From Macrostomum hystrix (taxonomy: Eukaryota > Animalia > Platyhelminthes), in the NCBI GenBank assembly GCA_950097015.1, contig CATNEN010000038.1:9300001-9364000 (forward strand): a DNA stretch of 64,000 nt, written 5' to 3'. Below are positions 47,680-61,563 of this stretch, one piece after another. A program made the translations under genes and the position numbers. A model generated the notes under the pieces. It did not search any database. It was not told the origin of the DNA and was given only the letters and a program-made list of their open reading frames with translations. Each line of letters begins with the position of its first letter. The stretch's first letter is position 1.

Positions 47680-50376
47680 TCAGAACGCGTCCATAGTTTG
47701 CGCCATGTGCAGCGGGGTGCGCAGGTCGCGGAAGACGCAGTTAACCACGTTGGCGCCACGCAGGTTAGCGTGCTGCAGGTCGCAGCCAGTCAAGTCGGCA
47801 TTCTGGCGGTTCAAGGAAGGCAAGAAGAAGTACATCAGAGCTGAGTATTGAATGAGTGTCGGGAAAGCAAAAAGTTCAGTTTTGTGGGGCCTCAGGTTTG
47901 GTGGGGCCTCATGTTTTGTGGGGCTTTAAGTTTTGTAGGGCCTCAGGTTTTGTAGGGCCTCAGGTTTTGTAGGGCCTCAGGTTTTGTGGGGCCTCAAGTT
48001 TTGTAGGGCCTCAGGCTTTGTAGGGCCTCAGGTTTTGTGGAGCTTTGGGTTTTGTAGGGCCTCAGGTTTTGTAGGGCCTCAGGTTTTGTGGAGCTTTGGG
48101 TTTTGTAGGGCCTCAGGTTTTGCGGAGCTTTGGGTTTTGTAGGGTCTCAGGTTTTGTGGGGCCTCAGGTTTTGTGGGGCCTCAGGTTTTGTAGGGCCTCA
48201 GGTTTTGTGGGGCCTCAGGTTTGGCGGGGCCTCAGGTTTTGTGGGGCCTCAGATTTTGTGGAGCTTTGGGTTTTGTTGGGGCCTCAGTCTTTTAGTACCA
48301 CTTAACAGTCCTAATTACTCCACCTATTTGTTTCACACCCAAACTAGTAAAAAACTCACCTCCAGGTTGGAGCCGGCCAAAACGGCGGATCGCAGATTGC
48401 AACCAACCAGGCGGGCCCCCTTTAGACAGGACACCCTCAGGTTCGCCTCCTGAATTGAGTTACAGCAAATTAGAATTAATTAATAAAGCAACAAAGTGAA
48501 ATTAGCATCTAAGGGAAGAAATTCCAGGTGCTTTTCGAGGTGCGATTTCAAAATAACGAGGACGATCAAGTTGCAAATATTGAACATATTCTTCAGTTTA
48601 ATTTATATATATATATACCTTTTGTATTTATTTCCTTTTGTTTTGTTTTTGCCTTCATTTTATGACATTTCATTATAATTTATAATTTTTTAATATTTAG
48701 CTACTCTTAATATTATTGTAATGTATTTGTTTTACTGATAATCAATTACTTAAATAATTCAACAATAAATTATGTGTCATGTCGCAAGAGTTCGTGTTAA
48801 TTGGGTAGTTTATGCAATCGTCTAAATATCGTTTTAAACCTTTAATCTTGATAAATTAACTTAATTCAAATGGCGATCACATTAAATAAATTTTATTACA
48901 TATTCTACAAGCTTGTAGTTTCGAAAAAAAAGTTAACAAACCAGGCTTTACCATAAAAGGCAAAATCCGGAACGAGAACGACAAACCCGGAAAATTTACG
49001 TCAACAAGTTTAAAATCTGAATAACGACTGTAACATGCCATTTTTGTACATATAGTGCCAGTTTAACAGTAGGTCTACCAAGCCATTTTGCCACCCGTGT
49101 TTATACCAAGGAAAAGAAATCCCCCTGACTATGTTTTGCTGCACCCGAGCGGATCAACACAAGCAAAAGAAACTCAAGAACATGAGCCATTTTTTAGTTG
49201 CGCAGACAGCCCTTTAGACCGTCGAGATATTCAACAGCCATCAAACCTTATCAGGAAGTCACCCAAAAATTTCCTACATCATCTCCGTCGTCGGTAGTCA
49301 CGCACCTTTATGTAGACGGAGCTGCTGGACCGCCTGGGAAATCTCCCCGTTGGTGGTTCTACTGTTAAGGAAAGCAACAAGTAACTGGGATTTGAACTCA
49401 CCTGCAGGTAGCTGTTCTCAAGATTGGTGTCTCTCAAGCTGCTACCCTCGAGGTTGGCAGCCAGCTGCTCGGCGGAGGCCTCCAGGCAGACGCCGATCAT
49501 GGAAGCCTGGTCCAGCACAGCGCAACGCATCTGCACGCCGGCCATGTTTGCCTTGTCAAAGTTAGCCCGGCTGCAGTCGGCCCTAGTAAACAGGCAGTTG
49601 CTGAGGTTGGCGCCGCTCAGATTTGCCTCGCGCAGCTGGCAGTGGCTGAGGTTGGCGCCGGACAGGTCCAGGTAGGACAGGTCGGCATTACAGAAGTTCA
49701 AACCCTGAAGGCGCAGGCGGCATCCGGACACGGTGCCCGCCAGGAAGCGGATGGCGTCCGCTCTGGTGAGAGACTTCGGCAGCTGACAGGGTTTTTTAAG
49801 GGCTCGATAGGTTTATATAAGTGAGAAACTGGCTAAGCTGTAAGCTGAGATATAGACTCACCGAGTCGTCTACCGCAATCATCTGGCTGAGCTCTTCAAC
49901 AACGCCCTGAATGCCATAGAACTGGGCCTCGGTAAGGACGCCCAACGGATTGACATGTTTGTCTAGAATGAGGCGGCCGTGGCGCAGGTAGTTAAGCAGA
50001 GGCTCAAAGTACTCAGGCGACCGATCAATGAGGACGGCGCCGTCGGAATCTGTGCGATTTTGCCACCGTCTGCTGGCATCGGAGTCGTAGGTGGCCAGCA
50101 TCTTGGCCAGCATGCTATCAGGTTCTTTCTGCGTCAGTGTGCTCCTAGAAGCAGAAAAACTAGACTAATGAGACTATTGTAAAAGTACAATTGGAATACT
50201 AAATTTTGACATTTTGAATCCTTATAGACAAGGCATTTATCTTTTTTTACTATTTTTAAATGGATACTAGGATAGGTAAAAGATCATGCTTACCTTGTCG
50301 TTAAAAATAGCTTTCCTCCAATGTTGAGTTTTACCCAATCGTTTGAGCCTGAAGACTCTTGTACTGCAGTTTCCAT
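47680..50376 (-). CDS. KCTD9: BTB/POZ + pentapeptide-repeat protein KCTD9, 319 aa
   Basis: Exons 50376-50294, 50144-49862, 49782-49402, 48449-48360, 47802-47680 (960 nt). DWVKLNIGG, IDRSPEYFEPLLNYLRHG, LRLQGLNF, pentapeptide repeats, C-terminal TPLHMAQ. Confidence 0.93.
47878..48290. repeat. 18-bp minisatellite in last KCTD9 intron
   Basis: Unit ggcctcaggttttgtagg. Confidence 0.9.
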
Positions 50377-50399
50377 CAAAATGGATTTTTATTCTCTGA

Positions 50400-51886
50400 A
50401 ATATAATAACATTGTAAGGAATGTAAGGAATGTTTGAAAAGGAATTAAGTAAAATAGCTAGACCTACACAGGACACAGCTTTGATAAACCTGAGAGCAAG
50501 TAAGCTGCATAGCTGACTAGATACAATGCAGATAAGGAAAATTATATTCATTTAGCTACTCCTAACTACTTAGAAATTGAGAGACTGTCCATTATTGAGA
50601 GACTGTCCAGACTGTTCTGAAAACTAAGTTTAATTGGCATATTCTATAAAATATCAGCTTAAATAGGCCCTATACTTTTAACTAAGTACACAGTTTACCT
50701 TTATATAAAAACAAGCTGTTTATGTGCAATTTTAAGAACACAAAAAGAAGTATCTTGCAATGGCTAACTATACACATTGATATGAAGACCATAAAAATAT
50801 GCCTATATAATTTAGTAGATAGCTATGTATAGGGCCTACAAAAAACAAGGCTTTGACAACTGTAGTATAGAGCTTATGAAATAAAAAACCAGATGAAGAA
50901 TCTCACATACATTGCTAACAGTAAAAAAGTATGCCAAAAGTATCTTGTATATAACATGGGATTTCAATCCAATTTAGAGCCTCTCTTTTCTAATTAAAGA
51001 AAAAAGTTAAATAGAAGTAGAAGATTGCTAACTATATTAGCAGTATTAAGCTATGGACTATAGTCATTATTATCTGAGGTCTATTTTTAGTATTTACATA
51101 AATAAAAAATAAACTCACACACTAGACACAAGTAACAAATTTTTATTTGTTTGTCATTGTAAAACTTTTGAGTGTTTTGACAGTAGGCCTAAAACAATAT
51201 AATTTCTTGCTAAATAATTCTAGCCATGTTTTACTCTGAAAACAAAAAAATGTAAAATTTGATGATTTGATTAATTTATCTGGGATGCTATGTTTTTTAA
51301 CTTCAAAGTAATATCCCGGGAAAACTATCAGTCCGGATTTTCCGGGATAAGTGATCCCAAGATTTTAAAGCATTAGGATTTTTAAGATTTCTCAATCCCA
51401 GCATTGTAAATTGCTAGTATTTTGGAATCCCTACTCGTATATACTCTCTCCTAATATTAAAGTCTAAAATACGATAGCTAAACTCCAAAGCCAATGACAG
51501 CCATGAAATTGCCAATGACAATCACGAGATAAAGCAATCGCATGCTTTGAAGCTTTTGTGTTTCTTATAATTTTTTTTTAATCTCGATCGAAAGACCGCA
51601 CTGAATATAACAAAACTTCAAGTGTTTCTTTATCGTGCTATGATGCATAATTTATTTATGTTAAATATTATTTGCATATTACATTTTTTGGTGCTATTAT
51701 TAAACTGTTATTAAACATCGTTAGAGTTTATAGCAAAATCAGCTGAGCAAGTCATTCTACATGAGCGACATATGTAAGTGACAAATTTACAATCAGTTTA
51801 AAGATTTCCATTTTTAAATAATTATTGAAAAACCCTGTGTGTTTTAATACGTCTTTTTTACTTGTCACTTGTTTTTTCACTGGGAA
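50400..51886. promoter_or_regulatory. Divergent (bidirectional) promoter region between KCTD9 and MAEA
   Basis: Head-to-head start codons 1.5 kb apart; CpG-containing core at ~51310-51920 flanked by CpG-poor DNA. Confidence 0.55.
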
Positions 51887-54800
51887 ATGGAAAGTTCAGC
51901 AGAAGTATTTAACTCAATTCGGATTATGAACCACTCAACATTAAGGGTAAAGTTATTTAGTGTTTGGTCTGGCCTTTATTCAAGTTTATGGGCATTGCTA
52001 GCTAGCTAGGCTATTAATCCATATAATGGCCTTGCTAGCTAGTGCATGTGTGTGCTTATGTAAGTTTGTAGTTGTTATACTACTAATTTATTCCCTAAGA
52101 AATAAGACCTCATACAATCAATGTCCTTAAAAATGTAGGCCTAGGACTAATGCCATTAGTAATGACTAATGCTATTTAAAATTACAATAATAATTAGTTT
52201 CACTTTATTTAGCAGAGTAAATTTATTTTAACTAGATTACTTAAATTGAAGTACTATTCCTATAAATAATAAAACCTAGCATTTTTGAGGGAATTGTTAG
52301 GCCTAGTAAATAGCTCATTAGACATTTTTAGATACATTATACATATAGGGCTAAAATGTGAGATTGGTGTGACATTAGATTTAGGAAAATATATCATTGA
52401 TAGCTAGTCAAGTCACTTGGCATCAAGCATTTAGTTTCATACTTACAAAGTTAGCTAAAGCTGCAGATATCTTGCTTTTTGGAGAAGTTAGGGTAATGTA
52501 TCATCAACCGAACAAGAATATGCATTTTTTTAACTTCAAACCTAAGCTACAGATTTTCTATTTAAGATATCATGATAAATCAAAAGCTAAGTTATAGAAA
52601 TCAGTTTTGTCTTTCTAAATAGTATCTGCTTTTGCAATTTTGTCAAATAGAAAAAAGTTATTCATGTTTTTCATCTAAAACCAAACGATGATTTTCATGT
52701 ATCTTCAAACCAAACAGAGAATTTGATGTTTGGTTTTAAAATTTGAGTGAGTGGTTTAATCTTATTTTAAGGAGTGAACTGTCATGAATTATGTAATTTG
52801 AAAGCATTTTTCATGCTCTATAAATAACTACTTTTATGGTCATTTAATTGGCAAGCAACCACATACAATCTTCATCTAAAGTATATACTGAAAAAATGTT
52901 GTTAAAAAGTATGCTTTTGCAATAAAAGTTTCTACTGAAACATCAATATCTTTCTTTCCTCTTAATGCTTCATTGCACATCATGCCTCAGCTTGTAGATA
53001 ATTTCTTCAATTTTTAAATTAGTTGTTCTGTGAAACACAATTAGCTTGTTTCTGTCTTGCACGAGACCAAGGAAGAAGTCAAAATTTTCATTGTTCGGTT
53101 TTGAAGATACACTGTTTGGTTGATGATACATTACCCTATACATCTGCAACATCTGGCCAAATTGGTGGCTGAATTGAGGGCCAAGCAAATTTAGTCAAAA
53201 AAATGAACCAACAAAAAGCAAAAAATAAAAGGACAACTAAAGGAAAAGGAAGAAAAGAAAGCACAAAGAAAATAATGAAAAACAGAAGGGAGGAAGAGGA
53301 GAATAAGAAAAGAGAAGACATGGTTGTGAAAATTAGGATAAAGAAAGGCATTTTAAGTCAATAAAGCAAAGAAACTAACTAACAGATAAGAGGCAACAGA
53401 GTTGCAGTTAAGGGAACACTAAGTTGAGGGAGGGTGAAGGTGTGAAGGTGAGGGAGAACTAAGATGCAGTTGAGGTAAAACTAAGTCCCAGATTTAATAT
53501 TTATCTGTGCTCCTCAAAAGAGGGCCAAACTGCAATTGTAATTTCCTAATTGAGTTATTTTTTGCTTTTGTACAGCCAGTCTGAAGAATAATAACTATTA
53601 GAATAAAAAGTTGTTTCTTAACCATTGAATTTAAATAGACTCAGAGACTGCAAAAGTTTTATTATAATCATGAAAAATATCATTATGAATTTTGGATCAT
53701 GCAAAATTTCAGTTGAAAAGAAAACTTATGAGTTTAATTATTTATAAAGTATTTCCTTTAAAAAGTTTGAGTTTTTAATTGACACACTTTTAGCTAAATA
53801 AAATTTAACTTTTGTTGCTTTTGAGAAGATTAGTAAGCTTTATTATACTCCTATAGCTGTAGCTTCTATTCAGTTAAGTCAAAAATAGTACAAGCTGAGA
53901 ATGAGCATATTTTTTGGTGTCTTTTTAGTTGTGTATCCTAATGTGTTCAGACTATCAGCTCCACTATAATGCTTGCAACATCTGACTAATTGTGACAAAC
54001 TCCTTCTCAACTCCAAGGTTCCATATGAGTCGCTGAACAAGACCTTCCGAGCAGTGCAGAAACAGATTGACAAGGACATCTCAGTTTTGACTAAGAATGC
54101 TGATGAATTAGCCAAGGCTAAGACTCAAAAGGATGTCAACCAGATACTCACGGGCGTCATAGACAAGCTGTCAAAACTCAAACGAAAGGTAATATTTGTT
54201 AATTATTTATCAATGTTGGTCTTAGGTTTACTGGCTAGCCAACAGTTTTTTTATTTTTAGAGCAATTTTTATGTGCTAAACTACCATGAAAAAGAAATAT
54301 GTTTACTGCACCACACCCTTCTTTTGATGTTCTATTTTTTATGATTGAGTATACCTTTATTATTGACTACTGCAAAAAGTGCAAAATGTAATAAAACATA
54401 TAAAATTATACATATATTAGCAATTATTAAGTGAGATTAAAGTTTCTATTTAAATTTGATGGTTACTCCTGTTTGATCTTAATCTCATCATCAGAAATTT
54501 TCTACTCATTTGAGCAGGCCGGCGACGGCATCGAGGAGGAGGTTGAGCACCTGCAGTCGGCCAAGCGCCGTCTAGACTACCTGCGCGGCGCCGACAATCA
54601 TCATCGGCCAGCGGTCGCCACCTCGGCCGGTCCTGCCGCCGCGCAGCGTTACTGGGAGCGTCGGCGAGTCACCTGCATGATGGTGGATTATTTTCTGCGC
54701 CACGGCCTACACGCCGCCGCGCAGCGATTGGCCCGACTGCACGACGTTGAGCAGCTGACCAACCTGCCATATTTTGCCGCCTGCCAGGGCGTCGAACAGT

Positions 54801-56703
54801 CGCTGATGCTGGCCGACACCAGCAAGGCCGTGGCCTGGTGCGCCGAGCACCGCAGCAAGCTTAGAAAGCTGGGCAGCAATTTTGAGTACTCTCTTAGACT
54901 CCGGGTAGGAATGATGTCAATCACAGTAACGCGACAATTGCTTGCGGGGATTAATGTCTGAATTCACCCCTTGGGCCCTTCTAACATCTACTCCCGCTTT
55001 GTCTCATTTTTCGCCTGTCTCATCTCTCCCGTCTCTTATCCAACCATTCTTATCTCATTCGTGCCTTATCTCACCTGTCTCATCTCTATTGTCTTCTCAA
55101 TCCCTGTTCATCCGACAAAAAAACTAAATATTTTTGACACACCTGCTACATACTGCCCCTGAATTAATCCGTCAAAGCAATGCTCCCCTCTGCATAAATC
55201 TACGCAGGACTTTGTGCAGCTGGTTCAGCAGAACCGTCGCATTGAGGCGGTGAAGTACGCTCGCAAGCACCTGTCGCCAGAGGCGGACACCGAGGCCTCC
55301 GCCGACTTGCTGGCCGAGCGCAACCGCAGCCTCTGTGAGGCCATGGGCCTCCTGGCACTGCCCGCCGGCCAGGCGCCCGAAAAGTACCGCCACCTCACCG
55401 AGCCGGCTGTCTGGCAACGCCTGGTGGACAAATTTCGGCAGGTGAACTGCGCGGTTTTCTCAATCTCGTCAAGTAGCGTGTTTTGCGCCAGCCTTCAGAC
55501 CGGATTGTCGGCCCTAAAAACTAAGTGAGTTAGGCAGTCTTGAAAAATGAAACAATTTTGTGTCGAGTAAAAACGGCCCTAATTAGGGCCCAATAAATAT
55601 ACGAATCGGATATCCCGACCCTAAACCCTCGTTGGCTTTCTTCTGTTAGTGTTTCGTGAACTTAAATTAAATTAAATCATATTATTTACTGCTTTGATAG
55701 TCGTGTGTAACGTGACATTAGTGTAAACAACGTTTTAGCGTTTTTACTTATTCTGCTATTAGACGAGCAGAACGCAATTGATGGTAATAATTTAAGTTGA
55801 ATTTTTGTCGTCTTGTCATCTTCTAAATCTCAATTCCGCTCTCAGCCAATGCGGTAAGGACGGCAAGCGCTGCCTTGAGTGCCCAGTCTGCCAGCCACAC
55901 TTCGCCCAGCTGGCTCAGTCGCTGCCGCGGGCCCAGTACACCCAGTCCAAGCTCATCTGTCCGATCTCGCGTCAGGTTATGGACCACGACAACCCGCCGA
56001 TGGCCCTGCCCAATGGCAACATCTACAGTCAGAAGGTGAGCTGTAGCTAAACAAGTCGGGCAGGTATTGTCGTCCTACAGTCTGTACAGACGAGAGGTCA
56101 GAAGTTCGAATCTTGGTAGGTGGGTGTGTCATTCCCCCCCAGCCCATGGACTGAGCAGCCGTACCCAGCCTTCAGATGCATCTGTGCTTTCGCCTGCGCA
56201 TCTTGTACGAATGGGTTAGGGTGGAGGAGCAGCCGCGGAAGAGAAGGCTTGGGGGCTTGTAGTGCAGTTTACACCCTTTTAGGGCCAGCCTCCAGGGCAC
56301 AGTGAAAGTGCACACTACCTGAATATGAGAGTCGGGGCAGATGTACACACCCGTGTGAGTGTGTGCCTGCGTCCTGTATCTGTGTGCGTGTGTGCTCAGG
56401 AGTCAGCGAAATGGGCAGAATTGCCTCCTCGCGGGCTGCGGGTCTAATGTCACCAAATGATGTGCCATTGCCCGCAGCCCTCCCGCAATTATTATTACTT
56501 CTATTGTTTAAAGTAAGGCAAGAAAGGGTGATAAAAAAAGTTCTCAATGGCCTTTATTGCCCCCACATGTACTTTAATTTGATCAACCCGCTCCGCTTCA
56601 GAGCCTGCTGGACATGGCCCAGCGTGGCGACGGCTTCATCGTCTGTCCCAGGACCAACAGCCGCTTCGAGCTTAAAGAGGCCAGGCGAGTCTACATTATG
56701 TAG
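51887..56703 (+). CDS. MAEA: E3 ubiquitin ligase MAEA (GID9/CTLH complex), 408 aa
   Basis: Exons 51887-51946, 54018-54188, 54518-54904, 55208-55524, 55846-56035, 56602-56703 (1227 nt). STLR|VPYESLNKTFR, LisH/CTLH, GLSALKT, CPVC, PPMALPNG, VCPRT...RVYIM. Confidence 0.94.
56090..56500 (+). mobile_element. Adjacent SINE B fragment and SINE A body in last MAEA intron
   Basis: gtgggtgtgtc..cccagcccatggactgagcagccgta (family B), then gcagccgcggaagagaaggctt...gcaattattatt (family A). Confidence 0.75.
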
Positions 56704-57025
56704 GAGCTGCTTTGGCTTGAACAGAAACTTCGGTATGATGCTGTGACTGATGCATTCAAGACACTTTGCCCCCTTCCACTGTTAAAGTCATTTTTTAGCT
56801 AGAATGTTTTAATTAATCTTTTAAGAAGCATGCCCTTCTCATTTTGGCCTTTCTTATAGTTTCTGTTTTGTTAAATGATCGAACTTACTCAACATTACTC
56901 TCATTTAGTTGCTGTTTTGCTCGACAATATCATTATTGTTTACTAGCCAGTGTGTTACTTTGAAATAATTTTCCTTCGAATTTTAGAAATATCTGGTTTA
57001 AAAAATTACAATTAAATAAAAATGC

Positions 57026-57686
57026 CGTGTTGGCATTGAAATCCCATGGAGTGTTGGCATTGAAATCCCATGGAGTGTTGGCATTGAAATCCCATGGAGT
57101 GTTGGCATTGAAATCCCATGGAGTGTTGGCATTGAAATCCCATGGAGTGTTGGCATAGAAATCCCATAGAGTGTTGGTATAGAAATCCCATGGAGTGTTG
57201 GTATTGAAATCCCATGGAGTGTTGGTATTGAAATCCCATGGAGTGTTGGCATTGAAAGCCCATGGAGTGTTGGCATTGAAATCCCATGGAGTGTTGGCAT
57301 TGAAATCCTATAGAGTGTTGGCATTGAAATCCCATGGAGTGTTGGTATTGAAATCTCATGGAGTGTTGGCATTGAAATCCCATAGAGTGTTGGCATTGAA
57401 ATCCCATAGAGTGTTGGCATTGAAATCCCATGGAGTGTTGGCATTGAAATCCCATAGAGTGTTGGCATTGAAATCCCATGGAGTGTTGTCATTGAAATCC
57501 CATAGAGTGTTGGCATTGAAATCCCATGGAGTGTTGGCATTGAAATCCCATAGAGTGTTGGCATTGAAATCCCATAGAGTGTTGGCATAGAAATCCCATA
57601 GAGTGTTGGCATAGAAATCCCATGAAGTGTTGGCATAGAAATCCCATGGAGTGTTGGCATTAAAATCCCATGAAGTGTTGGCATTG
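57026..57686. repeat. 24-bp minisatellite
   Basis: Unit gagtgttggcattgaaatcccatg. Confidence 0.95.
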
Positions 57687-58193
57687 ACAATGACATGGTT
57701 TCCCAGTAATCAATAACATTGTATGCATGTTGCAATAGACTGAACTGTATATAGCTACTGCACTGTTAGTTCAATCATTTGAAAAGCGACTTAAATGCTC
57801 GAGAAGATTTGAGAACCTGTAAGATTTTCTGAGCACTAGTATGTTATTTATCTTTTTTCTTAGACAAGCTCCTGACGTCATTATCATTTTGAGTATACGT
57901 GTGTATTCTGCCCTATTTTGTAAGTACTTGTTTTTGCAGTACAGAAAACATTAATAGAAGCATGAAATTGTAAAATCCATATGATTTTAATAGCCTAAGT
58001 TTCGCTAATTTGGTTCAAAAAGTCGTTGAAATAATAACCTTATCGTTAACCTGATATGCTTGTGTAAGCTTTTTCTTAATCATTTTAGCTCATACTCTTC
58101 TGCATGCCACCATGGCCAGTTTGATTGATTTCTGAGCAATGTCTTTTGATTTGATCATTTTGTTTTGTTGACCGCGTGGCAACTTTTTAGTTC

Positions 58194-59045
58194 GGTAGAA
58201 GTGACACGGTAGAGGTGTCACGGTAGAGGTGACACGGTAGAGGTGTCACGGTAGAGGTGTCACGGTAGAGGTGACACGGAAGAGGTGACACGGTAGAGGT
58301 GTCACGGTAGAGGTGACACGGTAGAGGTGACACGGTAGAGGTGACACGGTAGAGGTGACACGGTAGAGGTGTCACAGTAGATGATGCTCTGGTACATGAG
58401 ACACGGGTACATGAGACATAGACACATGAGACACGGGTACATGAGACACGGGTACATGAGACATGGGTACATGAGACATAGACACATGAGACACGGGTAC
58501 ATGAGACACGGGTACATGAGACATGGGTACATGAGACACGGGTACATGAGACACGGGTACATGAGACACGGGTACATGAGACACGGGTACATGAGACACG
58601 GGTACATGAGACACGGGTACATAAGACATGGGTACATGAGACATAGACACATGAGACACGGGTACATGAGACACGGGTACATGAGACATGGGTACATGAG
58701 ACATGGGTACATGAGACACGGGTACATGAGACACGGGTACATGAGACACGGGTACATGAGACACGGGTACATGAGACATGGGTACATGAGACATGGGTAC
58801 ATGAGACACGGGTAGATAAGACATGGGTACATGAGACACGGGTAGATGAGATACGGGTACATGAGACATGGGTACATGAGACATGGGTACAAGAGACACG
58901 GGTACATGAGACACGGGTACAAGAGACATGAGACATGGGTACATAAGACATGGGTACATCAGACACGGGTACATGAGACACGGGTACAAGAGACATGGGT
59001 ACATGAGACACGGGTACAAGAGACATGGGTACATGAGACACGAGT
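58194..59045. repeat. Compound 15-bp minisatellites
   Basis: gtgacacggtagagg (58194-58381) followed by gtacatgagacacgg (58391-59045). Confidence 0.95.
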
Positions 59046-59399
59046 TTACAAGTCATTTAGGGACCAGTTGACCCGCAGTCAGCGATTGTGAATGCTGCCC
59101 ATTACGCTGACTCCTGAACATACGCAGAATCAGTTCACACAGGCGTGTACATTTGCCCCTGAAATTATAATCTTCATGCAGTTATAACTTCAGCTGTGGC
59201 TGTATAGAATAGAGGCGGGAGTTAAGCTGTTTAAGGTGTCCGAAGGTTGCAAAAATATTAGTTTATCCTTATTAGCCTCAAAGCCGCTGTCCATTCTTTA
59301 GCTAAATAGTCATCAATCTTTCTTTCAGAGACGAATCGTAAGGATAGAAAACATTTTAATATATTTAATTAGACTTTAATATCTGAAACAAACTGACCG

Positions 59400-61037
59400 A
59401 TGGCCGCAACCAATGAGGACGGTCCTGGCTGGGCTCGCCTGTACAACGGTGACAGGATTCCGACTCTGTTTCGTGAGTATAGTTCATAATAAATGACTGC
59501 GCCTTTGATCTTCCCGCCTCTGCTGGTGTCTGGATGCCTTTGATATTCCCGCCTCTCCAGGTGTCAGGATGCCTTTGATCTTCCCGCCTCTCCAGGTGTT
59601 TGGATACCTTTGATCTCACCGACTCTCCAGGTGTCTGGATACCTTTGATCTCACCGCCTCTCCAGGTGCCTGGAGGCCTCTGATCTCACCACCTCTCCAG
59701 GATGCCTTTGATCTTCCCGCCTCTCCAGGTGCCTGGATGCCTTTGATCTCACCGCCTCTCCGGGTGTCTGGATGCCTTTGATCTCACCGCCTCTCCGGGT
59801 GTCTGGATGCCTATGATCGTACCGCCTATTAGGTGTCTAAAAGTGTTAAAGCTTTCCGCTTCTTTCAAATCCTCTTCACTTTTTCCGCCGCTTTCTCAGC
59901 AACCGAATTTCCGCTTTCAGTCGGCACATTTCGTATTCGCGGCTTTGACGTCATCGACGCCTGCCTGGACGCCGCTCTCGCAGCTGGCTACCGCGGCATC
60001 GACACGGCCGGAGTGTACCGCAACGAGGCCGAGATCGGCTCCGCGCTGTTCGACTCTGACAGCCTGGTGAAGCGGCACGGCCTGTCTCGTCAGGACTTGT
60101 TCATCACCAGCAAACTGGCGCCCAGCCATCAGGGCTACGAGGCCGCCAAGAAGGCCTGCCTGCAGAGCATCCAGAAGCTGCGCTGCGACTATCTAGACTT
60201 GTACCTTATCCACTGGCCTGGCGTACAGGTGAGAACTGGAAATCCGATTATTGAGAGAGTGTGTGAGTCAGAAAGAGGGAGAAAGAGTGACAGAGTGGGT
60301 GAGAAAGAGGGGCAGAGGAGAGCTCCTCTAAACCCAGGCACTGACGCGGTAAAGAATAATTGCAGACGTATAATTAAAATTTTTCCGATATTTCAACGAA
60401 TTTAATATTCTTCGTCAGGGCAGAGTAAGAGTAAGAGAGAGAGAGAGGAAAGACAGCTCAACCTTGTCTATGCTAAAAGTACTTAAAAATAAACTTTGAA
60501 CCTCTGAAGGGCCTGCGCCACAGTGACCCCAAGCAGGCTGAGCTGCGCCGCGACAGCTGGCGCGCCCTGGAGGAGCTGCACGCGGCCGGCAAGCTGCGCC
60601 ACATTGGCGTCAGCAACTACGAGCAGCACCACCTGGAGGAGCTGCTGCGCTACGCCCAGGTGCCCTGCGCTGTGCTGCAGACCGAGTGCCACCCAATGCT
60701 GCAGCGTCGGGAGCTGCGTGAGTTCTGCGCCAGACACAATGTGCACTTCCAGGCCTACAGCTCGCTAGGCAGCACCGACTATTGCCAGCAGCTCATGCAG
60801 CATCCCGCTGTGATTGGCTGCGCCCAGACCGCCGGCTGCAGCCCCGCCCAGCTGCTGCTGCGCTGGGCCGCCGACCTCGGCGTCGGCGTCCTGCCTAAGT
60901 CCATCCGGCCCAACCATATCGCCGAGAATGCCGACGCTGTGCTGAGGCTGCCGGCCCTCTCCGGCGAGGTCCACGCCGCCCTGGCGGCTATGGACTGCGG
61001 CCAGCACTTCTGCTGGAATCCGGTGACCATTCGATGA
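59400..61037 (+). CDS. Aldo-keto reductase (glyoxal/prostaglandin-F reductase-like), 302 aa
   Basis: Exons 59400-59472, 59921-60228, 60510-61037 (909 nt). LYNGDRIP.L.LGTF, GYRGIDTAGVYRNE, LFITSKL, YLDLYLIHWP (D-Y-K-H tetrad), IGVSNY, VLPKS. Confidence 0.93.
59498..59826. repeat. 35-bp minisatellite in AKR intron 1
   Basis: Unit ggatgcctttgatcttcccgcctctccaggtgtct. Confidence 0.9.
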
Positions 61038-61164
61038 ACATGCTTGACGGAATTAAGCGCCAGATATTACCAATGAACCAATTGGACTCTTACAGTTTCA
61101 CCTGGGGATTTAGCATCATTAGTTTTAAATAGTATTTTGACTAGATTTAAATAATTCCACCTGT

Positions 61165-61563
61165 TAGATCGAATTTGTCACCTGGTAGATTCGATTTGTC
61201 ACCTGGTATATTCGATTTGTCACCTGGTAGATTCGATTTGTTACCTGGTAGATTCGATTTTTCACCTGGTATATTCGATTGTCACCTGGTAGATTCGATT
61301 TGTCACCTAGTAGATTCGATTTGTCACCTGGGTAGATTAGAAATGACACCTGGTAGATTCGATTTGTCACCTGGTAGATTCTATTTTTAACCTAAGTAGA
61401 TTAGATTTGTCACCTGGTAGATTGGATTTGTCACCTGGTAGATTCTATTTTTAACCTAAGTAGATTAGATTTGTCACCTGGTAGATTGGATTTGTCACCT
61501 GGGTAGATTTGATTTGTCACCTGGTAGATTGGATTTGTCACCTGGGTAGATTAGAAATGTCAC
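61165..61563. repeat. 21-bp minisatellite
   Basis: Unit gtcacctggtagattcgattt. Confidence 0.9.

Noticed and set aside
56998-59091. Repetitive ORFs (MPTLHGIS)n, (VSCTR)n, (MRHGY)n
   Set aside because: 24- and 15-bp tandem repeats open in several frames on both strands.
59833-59920. ORF-track start of the AKR and intron read-through ends of several ORFs
   Set aside because: Intronic; the true first exon is 59400-59472, and the ORF track uses non-ATG starts that do not apply here.
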